NCBI GenBank assembly: GCA_024346625.1
Contig: AP024664.1
Span: forward strand, 3,038,001 to 3,102,000
DNA length: 64,000 bases
Direction: 5' to 3'
Source of the DNA: Williopsis jadinii
Lineage: Eukaryota
This document shows positions 1 through 11,827 of the stretch, in pieces. Under the pieces are notes generated by a model, which did no database searches, was not told the DNA's origin, and saw only the letters and a program-made list of their open reading frames with translations. Position 1 is the stretch's first letter. Every line of letters begins with the position of its first letter. A program made the translations under genes and the position numbers.

Positions 1-273
1 CGTTACAGACCACAACGGCACAAATATACGCCACTATGCTCGTTTTTCGGTAAATTCACCGCAGCAACGCGAGATTGACACATGTTTCGTCCCAAAACAG
101 AAACATTCCTGTTTGGGACATTTCCCAATGTTTACTTTTCCCTCTTACAATGTCGCAGAGACAGTGATGGCTCACTTCGTTCATGGAACCACCGATGTAA
201 AGCGCTTTACTAATGCTTATATTGGAAGGGCAGAAGCTTTCTATGTACACAGGATATAAACAGAGCCACAGCT

Positions 274-1326
<1,053 letters not shown>

Positions 1327-1741
1327 TCACAATTGAAACGTCACAGATGAAGCATTGATTGTTCTCGTATATAGAGCTGTGTTGCAAGATATCAACTAGT
1401 CACATGGAGCTGTTCAAGGACTGTGCACCGTGTAGAGTTTACAATGCCTTGTCATGAGAGATGAGGCAGCTCGTTCCTCAGTTCATGTTAATCTGATACA
1501 CTTTGCCCTTTTGGTATAGAATAATGGTGATGGGAAAGCCTGCCATCTTTCTTCACGTGTCCGCATTTATAGAAGGCCTCACCGTGGTATATCGACTTGA
1601 CAACGTTGTGTAGCATCGATGTGTCATTCACGTTGCAGATGCGTTATGAATGCTGTTTATGTGCTCCCACACAGAGTGAGCGATGTGTGTATATAACGGC
1701 GTATGGTTCTACGGTAGTACTCAGTGCTTTCGTTGGCATAA

Positions 1742-1793
1742 GACCACAATCCTGGACCACAATACTGGACCACAATCCTGGCCAACAATACAG
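1742..1793 (+). repeat. 13-bp tandem repeat x4 (GACCACAATMCTG)
   Basis: gaccacaatcctg/gaccacaatactg/gaccacaatcctg/gccaacaatacag, ending 14 bp before the HMG-box ORF ATG. Confidence 0.9.
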
Positions 1794-1807
1794 ATATCAA
1801 GCGTAAG

Positions 1808-2305
1808 ATGTCTACTTCAATCATCTTCAGATTCAACGTCAACAATGTCGTAGGATTAGGGAAGAGGCAATTCCCCAAACTCCAGAATCAAGCTGTCTCA
1901 GGCCAGGCTAAAGCACCTTTTAGGCTGAACGGTCAGAGCGTGGGCTCCAACAAAACTGTCAGACAGAGACACACCAGTCAGAACCTCGTCAGTGTTCCAC
2001 CATGTCCAACTATCCCCAGAGTGCTTGAACGTGTTAAAGGCAAGCCAGTGAAAGCCAATGACAAGAGAACAACGACACAAGATTCCACTGGGAAAGCTCA
2101 AAAGGCCATCTGTACCAAGACGGCCACAAGATTACCCCAGTATCACCTGTGGTTCAAGTCAAACTTCCACAGGGCAAGAAGCGAATTGCCAGGAGCAAGT
2201 GCTCAAGATGTGACACGGTGCTTGGCCTCAAGGTGGAGAAGCATGACGCAACCGCAACGAGATGGTTGGAAGTCCGGTGCTGACGCTTCGATCCTGGAAT
2301 ACTGA
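1808..2305 (+). CDS. Small basic protein with C-terminal HMG-box-like domain
   Basis: LPQYHLWFKSNFHRARSELPGASAQDVTRCLASRWRSMTQPQRDGWK follows the HMG-box pattern (YxLW...R..LP......V...LA.RWR.MT...R..W). N-terminus is low-complexity and basic. Confidence 0.7.
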   Translation: MSTSIIFRFNVNNVVGLGKRQFPKLQNQAVSGQAKAPFRLNGQSVGSNKTVRQRHTSQNLVSVPPCPTIPRVLERVKGKPVKANDKRTTTQDSTGKAQKAICTKTATRLPQYHLWFKSNFHRARSELPGASAQDVTRCLASRWRSMTQPQRDGWKSGADASILEY

Positions 2306-2504
2306 CTCCCAGCAGGTGGATATGGCTTGTTGTAACAGTTTGTAGACGATTATCACAGCTTCCTAACCACTAATATCTCAGTATATGGAGGATTTGTGTT
2401 AACCACAAAATCAAGTAGTTTAGTCCATTATTTGGAGGAAATACTCAATAACTCACATCAATACACTCAACTACCAACCACTCAACGCTCGTAAACTTGC
2501 TCCA

Positions 2505-4046
2505 ATGAGACTGCTCTTGCTGTTCTGTGCCTTTGCACAGTTTGCTCAAAGCATAGTCATTTCAAATGACTATTTCGGGGAGCTGGATGAGTCCAAATCA
2601 CCAGCTTCTCCATTCACTATAGAACTCAGAGATGAATTGCAATCGATGGGAGTGCTAGCTGGCTATGAGGCCAGGGAGTACCAGGAGTTGGATGACGTGT
2701 TCCTAATACCAAGAAGCCATATCACTGAAAGGGTATTGAACCGCCTAGGGTTCAAGGATTTGGTGAAGTACTCCAAAAAGTTCAAGTTCAGCAATACGCT
2801 GTTCCCATCACACTTGGATATCATAATACCGGAACAGACGGTGCCATACTTTGTGTTCAATACCTCTGATTCCATCAACGTCCCCAAGTCTCAATCAAGA
2901 TCGGAATATGCCACATTCCTTGAGAATTCATCTCCATTTACACTCCCACTCCACTCTGTATTGTTGGACTATATGCTCGTATTGCCCATCCCAACGGATT
3001 TCAATCCGAAGTCCCTGATGAAGGATATAATATCCGTCTCAAGACAGCACTTGCCCATGTTTGTGCATGCCATCCAAGACACCACTCCGCTGATTGTATT
3101 TATGTTCAAGAGTGGGTTGGATAACACCGATGCTCAACGCTATGGTGATTCTCCCATACTTGGAGCACACCGGTACGGGCTAGATAAGTCTCAGGATATG
3201 TTCTTCGATCAGTTTGCAAAGACATGGAGTGAAGATATCGCCTTTGCGGATTTACTCCACGGTGTGTTTTGTACTGTAAACCCTGCAATAAAGAGATATG
3301 GCTACTGCTTGAAGATAAAAGATGACATGAGCAGCTTAGCCTTATTCCCACTGTTTGAGCATTCGCAGCGAGCTCTTGGAGGGAGCCACAACACTGATGA
3401 ACCATCCCAGTCCACCAGTAACAACCTTGAAGAGTTGGTCATTCCCTTGAGCATCATCAAGGAGAATAAAGCGGGTCTCTCCGAGACGTATAGCCCGAGA
3501 AGGACTGTGAAGACACAATCCACCGTCAAAACACCATTGACCACCTTAACGAGGCGATCATTGAGCGAGCTCGACTACAACGACAGAGGAGAGGTCAACA
3601 GTGCCAAAATTGAAATCATTGGACAGAAATTGGAGGACCGTCGTCGAACAAAGCAGTTGAAAGACAAGGGAATCAAGGAGAATGCAAAGACGTACGTTCG
3701 TTCCAAGCTTTCAAAGGCGAAATCAGATAAGAAGGCATCCAGCGATGGCGACAGTAGAGGCATCCGTTATAGCGTAATCAGAACCAAACCATCGTCGCAG
3801 AGAAAGCCCAGAGTGTCACACGAAGACATGGCCCTGGAGGCTCATGTTGATCTCTGGACACAACAGCCAGATCAACACCGTCAGGACTCCAAACAAGTTG
3901 TCAAGGTTCAATCTTCAGCAACTTCTCACAGAAACAGCACCAGAACTGAAGAGGCCGAAGCAACTGAGGAGTGTGAGCCAATCACCTGGTTCAACGTCTT
4001 CCATCACAGTGTTTTCGGTAAAACAAAGTTCTGCGGTGTAGTATAG
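2505..4046 (+). CDS. Uncharacterised protein with predicted signal peptide (513 aa)
   Basis: Long ATG ORF; hydrophobic N-terminus MRLLLLFCAFAQFAQS; basic low-complexity C-half; Cys-flanked C-terminal motif. Family not recognised. Confidence 0.75.
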   Translation: MRLLLLFCAFAQFAQSIVISNDYFGELDESKSPASPFTIELRDELQSMGVLAGYEAREYQELDDVFLIPRSHITERVLNRLGFKDLVKYSKKFKFSNTLFPSHLDIIIPEQTVPYFVFNTSDSINVPKSQSRSEYATFLENSSPFTLPLHSVLLDYMLVLPIPTDFNPKSLMKDIISVSRQHLPMFVHAIQDTTPLIVFMFKSGLDNTDAQRYGDSPILGAHRYGLDKSQDMFFDQFAKTWSEDIAFADLLHGVFCTVNPAIKRYGYCLKIKDDMSSLALFPLFEHSQRALGGSHNTDEPSQSTSNNLEELVIPLSIIKENKAGLSETYSPRRTVKTQSTVKTPLTTLTRRSLSELDYNDRGEVNSAKIEIIGQKLEDRRRTKQLKDKGIKENAKTYVRSKLSKAKSDKKASSDGDSRGIRYSVIRTKPSSQRKPRVSHEDMALEAHVDLWTQQPDQHRQDSKQVVKVQSSATSHRNSTRTEEAEATEECEPITWFNVFHHSVFGKTKFCGVV

Positions 4047-4210
4047 GGAGAATTCATATCATAGTGCTTTTATCTCCGGTAGGTTCGTGTAATTTCCGAT
4101 AATTCCAGCCCGCTGTTGATGCAACAATTACTAATGTTCTACTTTGGCTACTTTTAGCCCGGCTCAAACTCCCTAAGCTCTCTACTTTGAGATCAATTGA
4201 GCATCACAAA

Positions 4211-4983
4211 ATGGCTTCCAACGCTCCAGGACAATGCTGTGTCACTTCCAACTTCCACGGTGAGTCACGAGCTTTTTCTGCTTGCTGCTGAATGGAGTTA
4301 CTAACAGGAAGAGCATAGAGGGTACTCCAAAGGGAACCCACGTTGACTTGTTTGGCCTGAACACCTATGTCACCGGTGAGAAGGGTGAGCGTGTCATCGT
4401 CTTGATCACTGATATCTACGGCAACAAGTACAACAATGTTCTTTTGATTGCTGATGAGTTTGCCAAGGCTGGTTACTATGTTTTGATCCCTGATATCCTT
4501 AAAGGTGAGGACTGTGTTCCGTCTGTTACTGATATTCCAGAGTGGCTGGGCCGTCACGGTCCTGAAATCACCACCCCAATCGTTGACGGGTTCCTCAAGT
4601 CGCTCACAGAGTCAGGGAGCTACTCTTTTGTTGGTGTTGTTGGTTACTGTTTCGGTGCCAAGTACGCTATCCAACAATTGGCTGAGGGCAAGTACGCCAC
4701 AGCTGGTGCTGTGGCACATCCTTCGTTCGTCACCATCGACGAGGTTGCTGCCATTACCAAGCCAATCATCATCTCAGCATCAGAGATTGATTCAATCTTT
4801 ACTGTGGAGCTGAGACATGAGACTGAGAAGAAACTCAGCGAGATTGGTGCAAGATACCAAATTGATCTGTTCTCAAAGGTCTCCCATGGCTTCACTGTGA
4901 GAGGCGACTTGAGCGACCCTGTCGTGAAGTACTCTCAGGATAAGGCACTGCTTGACCAAATCACTTGGTTCAACTTGTTTTAG
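4211..4983 (+). CDS. AIM2: Dienelactone hydrolase family protein; exons 4211-4259 and 4319-4983
   Basis: Splicing gives MASNAPGQCCVTSNFHEGTP. Has GYCFGA nucleophile motif, AHPS and HGF motifs. Confidence 0.92.
4260..4318 (+). other. Spliceosomal intron of AIM2 (59 nt)
   Basis: GTGAGT donor, TACTAAC at 4299-4305, TAG acceptor; removal restores FHEGTP in frame. Confidence 0.93.
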
Positions 4984-5142
4984 AGTCCTGACCTCCATAG
5001 ATTCAAAGTAGACTACACATAGGTGAAACCAAAATAAATGAGAACTAGATATTCGTAACAAGAGCATAGAAAGATGAAGTTGAGATAAGGGGATGTGAAA
5101 ATCAGTAGTATATTTGCATTCGTGTGATGTCCTAGAGATTAA

Positions 5143-7410
5143 CTAGAACTTGTTCCCGTTATTCTGTTGTCTTGCCTTGGCATATGGGTTTTCAAATGGA
5201 TTGCTAACTGTGTTTGAATATGTCGAGGTGGATTCATCGTTGAAGAGACTTGAGTTTCCGTGGTATGAGGTATCAGTCATGAATGAAACACCAGGCTTCG
5301 ACAATCCTTGCGTACCATAAACGGTGCTTGCTGGCTGGACTTGTTGGCCACTCTGTATAGAATCTGCACGAGATCTCGAGAGGAATTCTCTTGGGTACTT
5401 GTAAGATGAAGATTCGTCGTCAGAAATGGTTTCCTGAAGTTGTAGCTGCTGTGGTTTTTGTCCGTTCATTACAGATTCACCAAGAGCCAATAGCTCAGTG
5501 TCTTGCTTGTCGCCTTTCTCCAGTGCAGTTGTACGTGGAATGAATGACACACGGTCATCCTTCATTGGCTGGTATCTCGTATCTGGGTTCTTGTAGATCA
5601 CAGCCAATGCACATGTAACAATGGTGAAGATCAACAAGAACAAGGCGAAAGCAGCATTGATGACAAAGAATACAACAGCAGACACGGATGAAACCACCTG
5701 TGGTTGGCCAAAGATGGTTGAAAAGAACAAGAAGATAATAGAATTCACCAAGTTCAACAGGTGGACAATGATGTTGAACGCGTTTGTTCTCTTGTCCATA
5801 TATGGTCTCTTCCAGCATAGCGCAGCAAAGTACAACAGTTCAGTGATGAAGACACACATTGCCTGTGCCTCTCCAACCTCTTGCATCAGAGCAACAAAGA
5901 TCGAACGCAGGAATAGATACGTTAGCATTGGAACTAACCACCAATAGTATTCAGACTGGAACGGGACGTAGAGGAATCCAAATCTGTTCAGCGTCTTTGC
6001 GTCCCCGTACAAGAGGTACGCAGCAGTCTTATACATCTTTGTAGACTTTCTACCAATGATGATAACCATGGTGGTACCGTACAGTAGCAATCCACATTCA
6101 ATGACTAGCAGGAACACGGCAACAACAACCACAGCCGAGGAGTCACGCTGTGTGAACTCCCAGAGACAGAGAAGGGAGATCTGTGGGAATGCCACAAGTG
6201 CCAGTCTAAATAGGATACCTTTGATGATGGTGGACCAGTGTTGTCTAAAATCAGGGAACCTGTGTTGTTTCATGACGTTTGATCTGATGCAGAGCTCGAT
6301 GATTGCCTTGAACGACATGACACAGATCAACACGACAAACACGAAGAAGAGGAAGAACACGATACCTGTCAGGAAGAAGTTTGAGATTTCAATGTCAGCG
6401 AGGTACGAAACTCTCTGGATACCTCTCAGCACCAAGGTCTTCGAGGTCAGGTCGTCAGTGTTACGCTCGTCAGTTGTGTATAAGGTGTCATCGTTAAGAC
6501 TATCGTCAAAGTTGAAATCTGCTCTCTTGACGAAATGGTTTACGATCTTTGGGGCGTAGTAAGCCACTGCGTCGATGAACTCTCTCTTCTGCACTGAGAT
6601 GGACAACAAGTCCTTGTTTTCCACAACCACTGTGGAAGTACCGCCGGTGGCCTGGACGTACCACTTGATTGCGGTCTGCATGAACTGAGCGTTGAAGATG
6701 CCCATTGACCACTGGAAGTTCTGAGCCCAGGCAGCAGCGATTGGTGGGACACGGGCCACGGCCATCATCGATGTGATCGCAACGTTCTGGAAGTAGACAA
6801 AGAGCGAAATCGAGTTGGAGGCGATATGCGCAGCTGTGTTAGAGTGTCCGATGATCGAGATCACTCCAGACATGATCAACCCTGCACCGGAGATGGCTGC
6901 GATGGGCCAAGCAGCGTACTTTGTCTGGACCGTTTTCCCGTTGGTGAGAACCGCCTCCACACAGGCCAATGGGGTGTTGGTATCGTTCTGGGAGTAAGCC
7001 ACAACTCTGACACGGGCATCCAGGTCAGGCACGGTGTAAGCAACACCAGGGATCCGGTCAGTGATCGAGTTTGAGATCTCCGTGGACGAGGAGATCTCGA
7101 TACGCCCGGCACCTTCCTGTAGCGGACACAGCTCATCAAACCCGAGATCACACAGGTCGATGTTCTCCTCAAGCACATTCAACCCATAAACGATCAACGT
7201 CACTTTACCCATCACGTAGCCGGAGATCGTGGTGACTGCGTTGATATCGTATACGACGGTGGAGTTGTCTGGGTAGAAGATAACGTCAAAGTACGACGCG
7301 GTGAGCTGTGAGTCCTCCATACACGTGAGCAGAGAGGAGGTTCTAATCATACGCTCTGCCACTGCATGAGACACAAGCGTCCATATCGTGAGGAATACGC
7401 TCGCCTTCAT
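5143..7410 (-). CDS. FLC2: Flavin carrier / TRP-like ER membrane channel (FLC family)
   Basis: Signal peptide, ML-like domain (LLTCMEDSQLTASYFDV, IPGVAYTVPDLDA), NGKTVQTKYAAWPIA, multiple TM helices. Proximity to ACS1 and AIM2 matches the S. cerevisiae FLC2 neighbourhood. Confidence 0.85.
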   Translation of the reverse strand: MKASVFLTIWTLVSHAVAERMIRTSSLLTCMEDSQLTASYFDVIFYPDNSTVVYDINAVTTISGYVMGKVTLIVYGLNVLEENIDLCDLGFDELCPLQEGAGRIEISSSTEISNSITDRIPGVAYTVPDLDARVRVVAYSQNDTNTPLACVEAVLTNGKTVQTKYAAWPIAAISGAGLIMSGVISIIGHSNTAAHIASNSISLFVYFQNVAITSMMAVARVPPIAAAWAQNFQWSMGIFNAQFMQTAIKWYVQATGGTSTVVVENKDLLSISVQKREFIDAVAYYAPKIVNHFVKRADFNFDDSLNDDTLYTTDERNTDDLTSKTLVLRGIQRVSYLADIEISNFFLTGIVFFLFFVFVVLICVMSFKAIIELCIRSNVMKQHRFPDFRQHWSTIIKGILFRLALVAFPQISLLCLWEFTQRDSSAVVVVAVFLLVIECGLLLYGTTMVIIIGRKSTKMYKTAAYLLYGDAKTLNRFGFLYVPFQSEYYWWLVPMLTYLFLRSIFVALMQEVGEAQAMCVFITELLYFAALCWKRPYMDKRTNAFNIIVHLLNLVNSIIFLFFSTIFGQPQVVSSVSAVVFFVINAAFALFLLIFTIVTCALAVIYKNPDTRYQPMKDDRVSFIPRTTALEKGDKQDTELLALGESVMNGQKPQQLQLQETISDDESSSYKYPREFLSRSRADSIQSGQQVQPASTVYGTQGLSKPGVSFMTDTSYHGNSSLFNDESTSTYSNTVSNPFENPYAKARQQNNGNKF

Positions 7411-8034
7411 GGTGATCTCACTGATGCTCGACTTTCCTCCGGGTGTGTAGAAACAGTTTCTAAGGCAACTGAGAAGGGGAGCAAGCTGAGAAAAGGGAAA
7501 CAATTGTAAAGGTGTTGTTTCTTTCTCAGAGAAATGGGCTGTGACGAACTTTCGCTTTTCTCCCTCCGTGTGTACAATTTTTTTTGGCTTGTGGTCTGTG
7601 AACTTTTCTTAGCACTTTATGGCCATCCGCGGTGGACACGGCGGGTGTTTGGATGATTGTGTGTCTGGAAAGGGCGGAGAAACACGAACGCTGTGGTGCT
7701 ATTTTTAACCTTTGGCTCCTGCTGCTGCGGGTGTGTCCCTCTCCTCCTGTTGGGAGGGGGCCTGGGTACTCTATCTCACTAGCCACGTTTTACCTAAACC
7801 GGGTTTTAATTGTGTGGCGTGTGTGGAATTGCACACTACCGCGGCTGGTGAATTGGAAAGCGGCACACACAAACACTTTGAGAACGAGCACACCCGGACA
7901 CCGCAATGTCAAGCGCAAACGGTTTCGTGTTTGTGTGCTGTGTTTTGTTGTGTGTGTGTGTTTTTTTTTCTTTGGCCTTCTATGAAAGCGATGGGAACGT
8001 CACAGCTCGATACGACCAGCCGGCGAGAAGGAGG

Positions 8035-9534
8035 ATGACGTTGGACGAGGAATGGTGTGAGGTCTCACTCAGCGTAGCTAATGATCCGGATAACTTTGCC
8101 TCTTGGGAGAAACTCATCGAATATAGCTGTAAAGGTCTGAACAAGGCCTCCTCGAGGGACAAAATTGAAACGTTTCGCACTTCGTATGAACAGTTCTTGA
8201 AGAAGTGGAGCTTCTGTGAAAGGTACTGGATCAACTATGCGCAGCTGGAATGGCAGCTGGGCAATACGGACCGGTGCCTGCTGATCTACAGGCGCTCGCT
8301 GTCGTTGATTCCGCATTCGAATTTGATTTGGATCTCGTATTTGAAGTTACTGCCGCTCTGCGAGCTGGAGTATCAAAACTTGCTGGCAGTGTACCGTGAA
8401 GCTGAACTACGCATTGGGCTTCACTATCACAGCTATGAGTTTTGGAGGCTATACTTGGAATTAGAGGAGAATCACAGGGGCAAATCTATCTACTGGTTCA
8501 ACCTGTTGAAGAAAATCGTTGAGATTCCGATCTATAACTACTCCTATTTCTTCCAATTGCTGTTCGACGAGATTGAGAATCTCAACCAGGACAACATACT
8601 GCTAATGGTGACCCGTGATGATCTCGTCAAGAAGCTGAAATTGCAACACTCGCTGGAGGAGTTGGACCTGAAGCGTATAAACTACCGTGATTTGAAGTCC
8701 AAGTTGAAAAAAATCTATACAGATGCCTACATCACCACGCAGTTCAAATCCTTTGAGCTGTATGAGTATGAAAAGGGTGTCAAATTGGAATTCTACTCTC
8801 CTCAAATGGCGAAATCGTATCAAGAGCTGGACAACTGGAGCCGCTATCTACAATTCATCGTCATTAACGGTGACGATCTACAAATTCGGCAGCTATTCCA
8901 CAGGGCACTCGTGCCACTGTGTGAGTACCCTGATATATGGCTGCAATTTGCGCAGTACTACATATCGTCACAGAAGATCCAGGATGCTAAGCATGTGCTG
9001 TACAAATCGTTGCTACACCTCCGAGGCTCCAACAAGTCTGTTGTGCAACTGAAGTTGGTAAAGCTGGAGCTTTCGCACAGGAACTACCTCAAGGCACGTG
9101 ACATCCTGTTATATGCGCTTGGGGAATCGCCCAATAACGTCGAACTGTTACTGCAACTGATCCACGTTGAAAAGTACATAACGACGGACCCTCAGCAGTT
9201 CAACGAGTTCCTCGTCCAGCTGGTCACCACGCAGAACGACACCGACGTGGCCCTCGAGCTGTTCAAGCAGCTACCACACCAGCGCACCGACGCGCAGCTC
9301 AGGGCACAGCTGTCAACCACCCTCCACGACGACGCGCGCTACTGGATCTTAACCTTAGATGACATGCTGATAACACACGACGTGTCCTCCGTGCTGGAGC
9401 TCTACAACGAGTGTGTGTCGAACAACAGCTTACATCATCGCGACAAACTCGTCCAGTGGCACGCACAGCACCTGACACGCTTTGTGCCATCCGACTACAG
9501 GGCTGACTGCGCACTTGCGCTGGGTATCAACTGA
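8035..9534 (+). CDS. PRP42: U1 snRNP HAT-repeat protein (Prp39/Prp42 family)
   Basis: HAT repeats (FASWEKLI, YWINYAQLE, IGLHYHSYEFWRLYL, IVEIPIYNYS). Start chosen at MTLDEEW. Prp42 versus Prp39 is not certain. Confidence 0.75.
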   Translation: MTLDEEWCEVSLSVANDPDNFASWEKLIEYSCKGLNKASSRDKIETFRTSYEQFLKKWSFCERYWINYAQLEWQLGNTDRCLLIYRRSLSLIPHSNLIWISYLKLLPLCELEYQNLLAVYREAELRIGLHYHSYEFWRLYLELEENHRGKSIYWFNLLKKIVEIPIYNYSYFFQLLFDEIENLNQDNILLMVTRDDLVKKLKLQHSLEELDLKRINYRDLKSKLKKIYTDAYITTQFKSFELYEYEKGVKLEFYSPQMAKSYQELDNWSRYLQFIVINGDDLQIRQLFHRALVPLCEYPDIWLQFAQYYISSQKIQDAKHVLYKSLLHLRGSNKSVVQLKLVKLELSHRNYLKARDILLYALGESPNNVELLLQLIHVEKYITTDPQQFNEFLVQLVTTQNDTDVALELFKQLPHQRTDAQLRAQLSTTLHDDARYWILTLDDMLITHDVSSVLELYNECVSNNSLHHRDKLVQWHAQHLTRFVPSDYRADCALALGIN

Positions 9535-10084
9535 CTGCTTGTCGGTGCGGAACACCACCGCAGGACCATCACCATAGCAGCCCAGGACGTGAAGCACACC
9601 ACCAAACGTTACATACCACCACCAATTCCACCACCGTAACTCGACACCTCGACCCAAGTAGCTGACTCTCCGCCGGCACCGCCGTTGCTGCCGTTACCAC
9701 CACCACCACCACCACCACCGCCTAAAAATCCCTGCCGGTTTTCCTCAACCCGCTCCTCTTTTCTTTTTCTTCCGCCAACCGCCCTCGGCCATCCTCCGCG
9801 TGTTTCCCTGCCTGGCCTCCTCTTCCCGCGTGGTGCAGTTGATACAGCTCATCTCAAACTCGTCGCACCCTCTGCGCCCAGCGTGCGGGCTCCTCGCGGT
9901 GCGGGCTCCTCGCTGTTTGGGAAGCACGCGGTGGTGGACACATTTTTTTCGAGGCCGTTGCGTGGTGTCCCGCGTAGCCTCTGTGCTGCGCAGCGCGGTG
10001 CCCCCTCGCAAAAACCTCTACGCAGGCCTCGTTTGCGGTGCGCCCGCTGGGAAAAGCGCCGTCATGACTGCTCACCCTTGTAAT

Positions 10085-10091
10085 TATAAAA
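10085..10091 (+). promoter_or_regulatory. TATA box of the pyruvate kinase gene, in a GC-rich upstream region with CTTCC/CATCC (Gcr1-type) boxes
   Basis: TATAAAA about 97 bp upstream of the ATG at 10182. Confidence 0.6.
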
Positions 10092-10181
10092 GGAGGATGG
10101 GCCGCAAACGTGAGCTCAGCGGCAGAGGGAGGGAAAATGGCACAGGCAAACGCTAAAACTATCACCACTTACTACACTGAA

Positions 10182-11702
10182 ATGGCTCCACAAGACTCCA
10201 AGATTGGCTGGTTATCCCAGCTGGACATCTCCGATGTGCCAGAGAACCACCTTCGTCGCACGTCGATCATTGGTACGATTGGTCCTAAGACCAACTCGCC
10301 AGAGATGCTTGTGAAGCTGAGAAAGGCTGGTCTGAACGTTGTGCGTATGAACTTTTCTCACGGTTCGTACGAGTACCACCAGACCGTTGTTGACAACGCG
10401 CGCAAGTCGGAGGAGCTGTACCCAGGCCGTCCTCTGGCTATTGCTCTGGACACCAAGGGTCCAGAGATCAGAACTGGTACCACCAGGGATGACGCTGAGT
10501 ACCCTATTGGTCCAGGCCACGAGATGATCTTCACCACAGATGAGCAGTACGCCAAGGTGTCTGATGACAAGCTGATGTACTTGGACTACAAGAACATCAC
10601 CAAGGTGATCGAGACCGGCCGTATCATCTACGTCGACGACGGTGTGTTGTCGTTCGAGGTTCTCGAGGTTGTCGATGAGCAGACCTTGAAGGTGCGCTCC
10701 TTGAACGCTGGTAAGATCTGCGCCCACAAGGGTGTCAACTTGCCAAACACCGACGTTGACTTGCCAGCTCTGTCCGAGAAGGACAAGGCTGACTTGCGTT
10801 TCGGTGTCAAGAACCGTGTCCACATGGTTTTCGCCTCCTTCATCAGAACCAAGCAGGATATCCTCACCATCAGAGAGGTTTTGGGTGAAGATGGTAAGGA
10901 CATCAAGATCATTGCAAAGATTGAGAACCAACAGGGTGTCAACAACTTTGACGAGATCCTCGAGGTCACCGACGGTGTCATGGTTGCTCGTGGTGACTTG
11001 GGTATTGAGATCCCAGCCCCAGAGGTGTTTGTTGTCCAAAAGCAATTGATTGCCAAGTGTAACATTGCCGGTAAGCCAGTCATCTGTGCCACCCAAATGC
11101 TTGAGTCCATGACGTATAACCCAAGACCAACCCGTGCTGAGGTTTCTGATGTTGGTAATGCTGTCCTTGACGGTGCTGACTGTGTCATGCTTTCAGGTGA
11201 AACTGCTAAGGGTAACTACCCAGTTGAGGCTGTCACCATGATGCACCACACTGCCCTCATTGCTGAGAAGGCCATTCCTTACCGTGCTGTGTATGATGAG
11301 ATCAGAAACATCACAAAGACCCCATTCTCCAACGTTGAGACCATCGCTTCTAACGCTGTCTCTGCTGCTGCTGAGAACGGTGCTAAGGCCATCATCACAT
11401 TGTCCACCTCTGGTACCACCGCTAGATTGGTTTCCAAGTACAGACCAAACCTTCCAATCATTATGATTACAAGAAACGAGCGTGCTGCCAGATTCGCTCA
11501 CTTGTACCGTGGTGTGTATCCATTCCAGTACAACGAGCCAGCTGTTGAGAACTGGCAAGAGGATGTTGAGAAGAGAGTCCAAAGTGCTATCACTGAGGCC
11601 ATCAGTCTTGGTATCTTGAAGAAGGGTGACTCTGTTGTCTGTATCCAAGGTTGGAGAGAGGGTTCTGGTCACTCCAACACCATCAGATTGGTTCAGGCTT
11701 AA
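10182..11702 (+). CDS. CDC19: Pyruvate kinase
   Basis: [57 protein letters not shown]; strong codon bias. An in-frame ATG at 10137 is an alternative start. Confidence 0.98.
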   Translation: MAPQDSKIGWLSQLDISDVPENHLRRTSIIGTIGPKTNSPEMLVKLRKAGLNVVRMNFSHGSYEYHQTVVDNARKSEELYPGRPLAIALDTKGPEIRTGTTRDDAEYPIGPGHEMIFTTDEQYAKVSDDKLMYLDYKNITKVIETGRIIYVDDGVLSFEVLEVVDEQTLKVRSLNAGKICAHKGVNLPNTDVDLPALSEKDKADLRFGVKNRVHMVFASFIRTKQDILTIREVLGEDGKDIKIIAKIENQQGVNNFDEILEVTDGVMVARGDLGIEIPAPEVFVVQKQLIAKCNIAGKPVICATQMLESMTYNPRPTRAEVSDVGNAVLDGADCVMLSGETAKGNYPVEAVTMMHHTALIAEKAIPYRAVYDEIRNITKTPFSNVETIASNAVSAAAENGAKAIITLSTSGTTARLVSKYRPNLPIIMITRNERAARFAHLYRGVYPFQYNEPAVENWQEDVEKRVQSAITEAISLGILKKGDSVVCIQGWREGSGHSNTIRLVQA

Positions 11703-11827
11703 GCGAAATGTCTACAGAGTAGACGTAATCCTCGATTATAGCTTTCTTTTTCATTATCATTATTATAGGTTTATTGTTAATTTTAACGACAAGTTGGTTA
11801 TCCTTATAGAAACAAAAGAACAATACA

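Noticed and set aside
1808..2305. MAT locus (MATa2)
   Set aside because: No SLA2/DIC1-type flanking genes and no a1/alpha genes nearby.
7906..8034. Upstream extensions from the ORF track (PRP42; likewise COQ5, FLC2, BOI, ACS1, MTC4)
   Set aside because: They run through (TG)n/poly-T promoter DNA or begin at TTG/GTG; downstream ATGs match family N-termini better.
9685..10168. Several ORFs in the GC-rich PYK promoter
   Set aside because: Stop-codon scarcity from high GC; Pro/Arg-rich translations without domains.
10212..11096. 294-aa antisense ORF inside pyruvate kinase
   Set aside because: Shadow ORF produced by strong codon bias; no recognisable protein.
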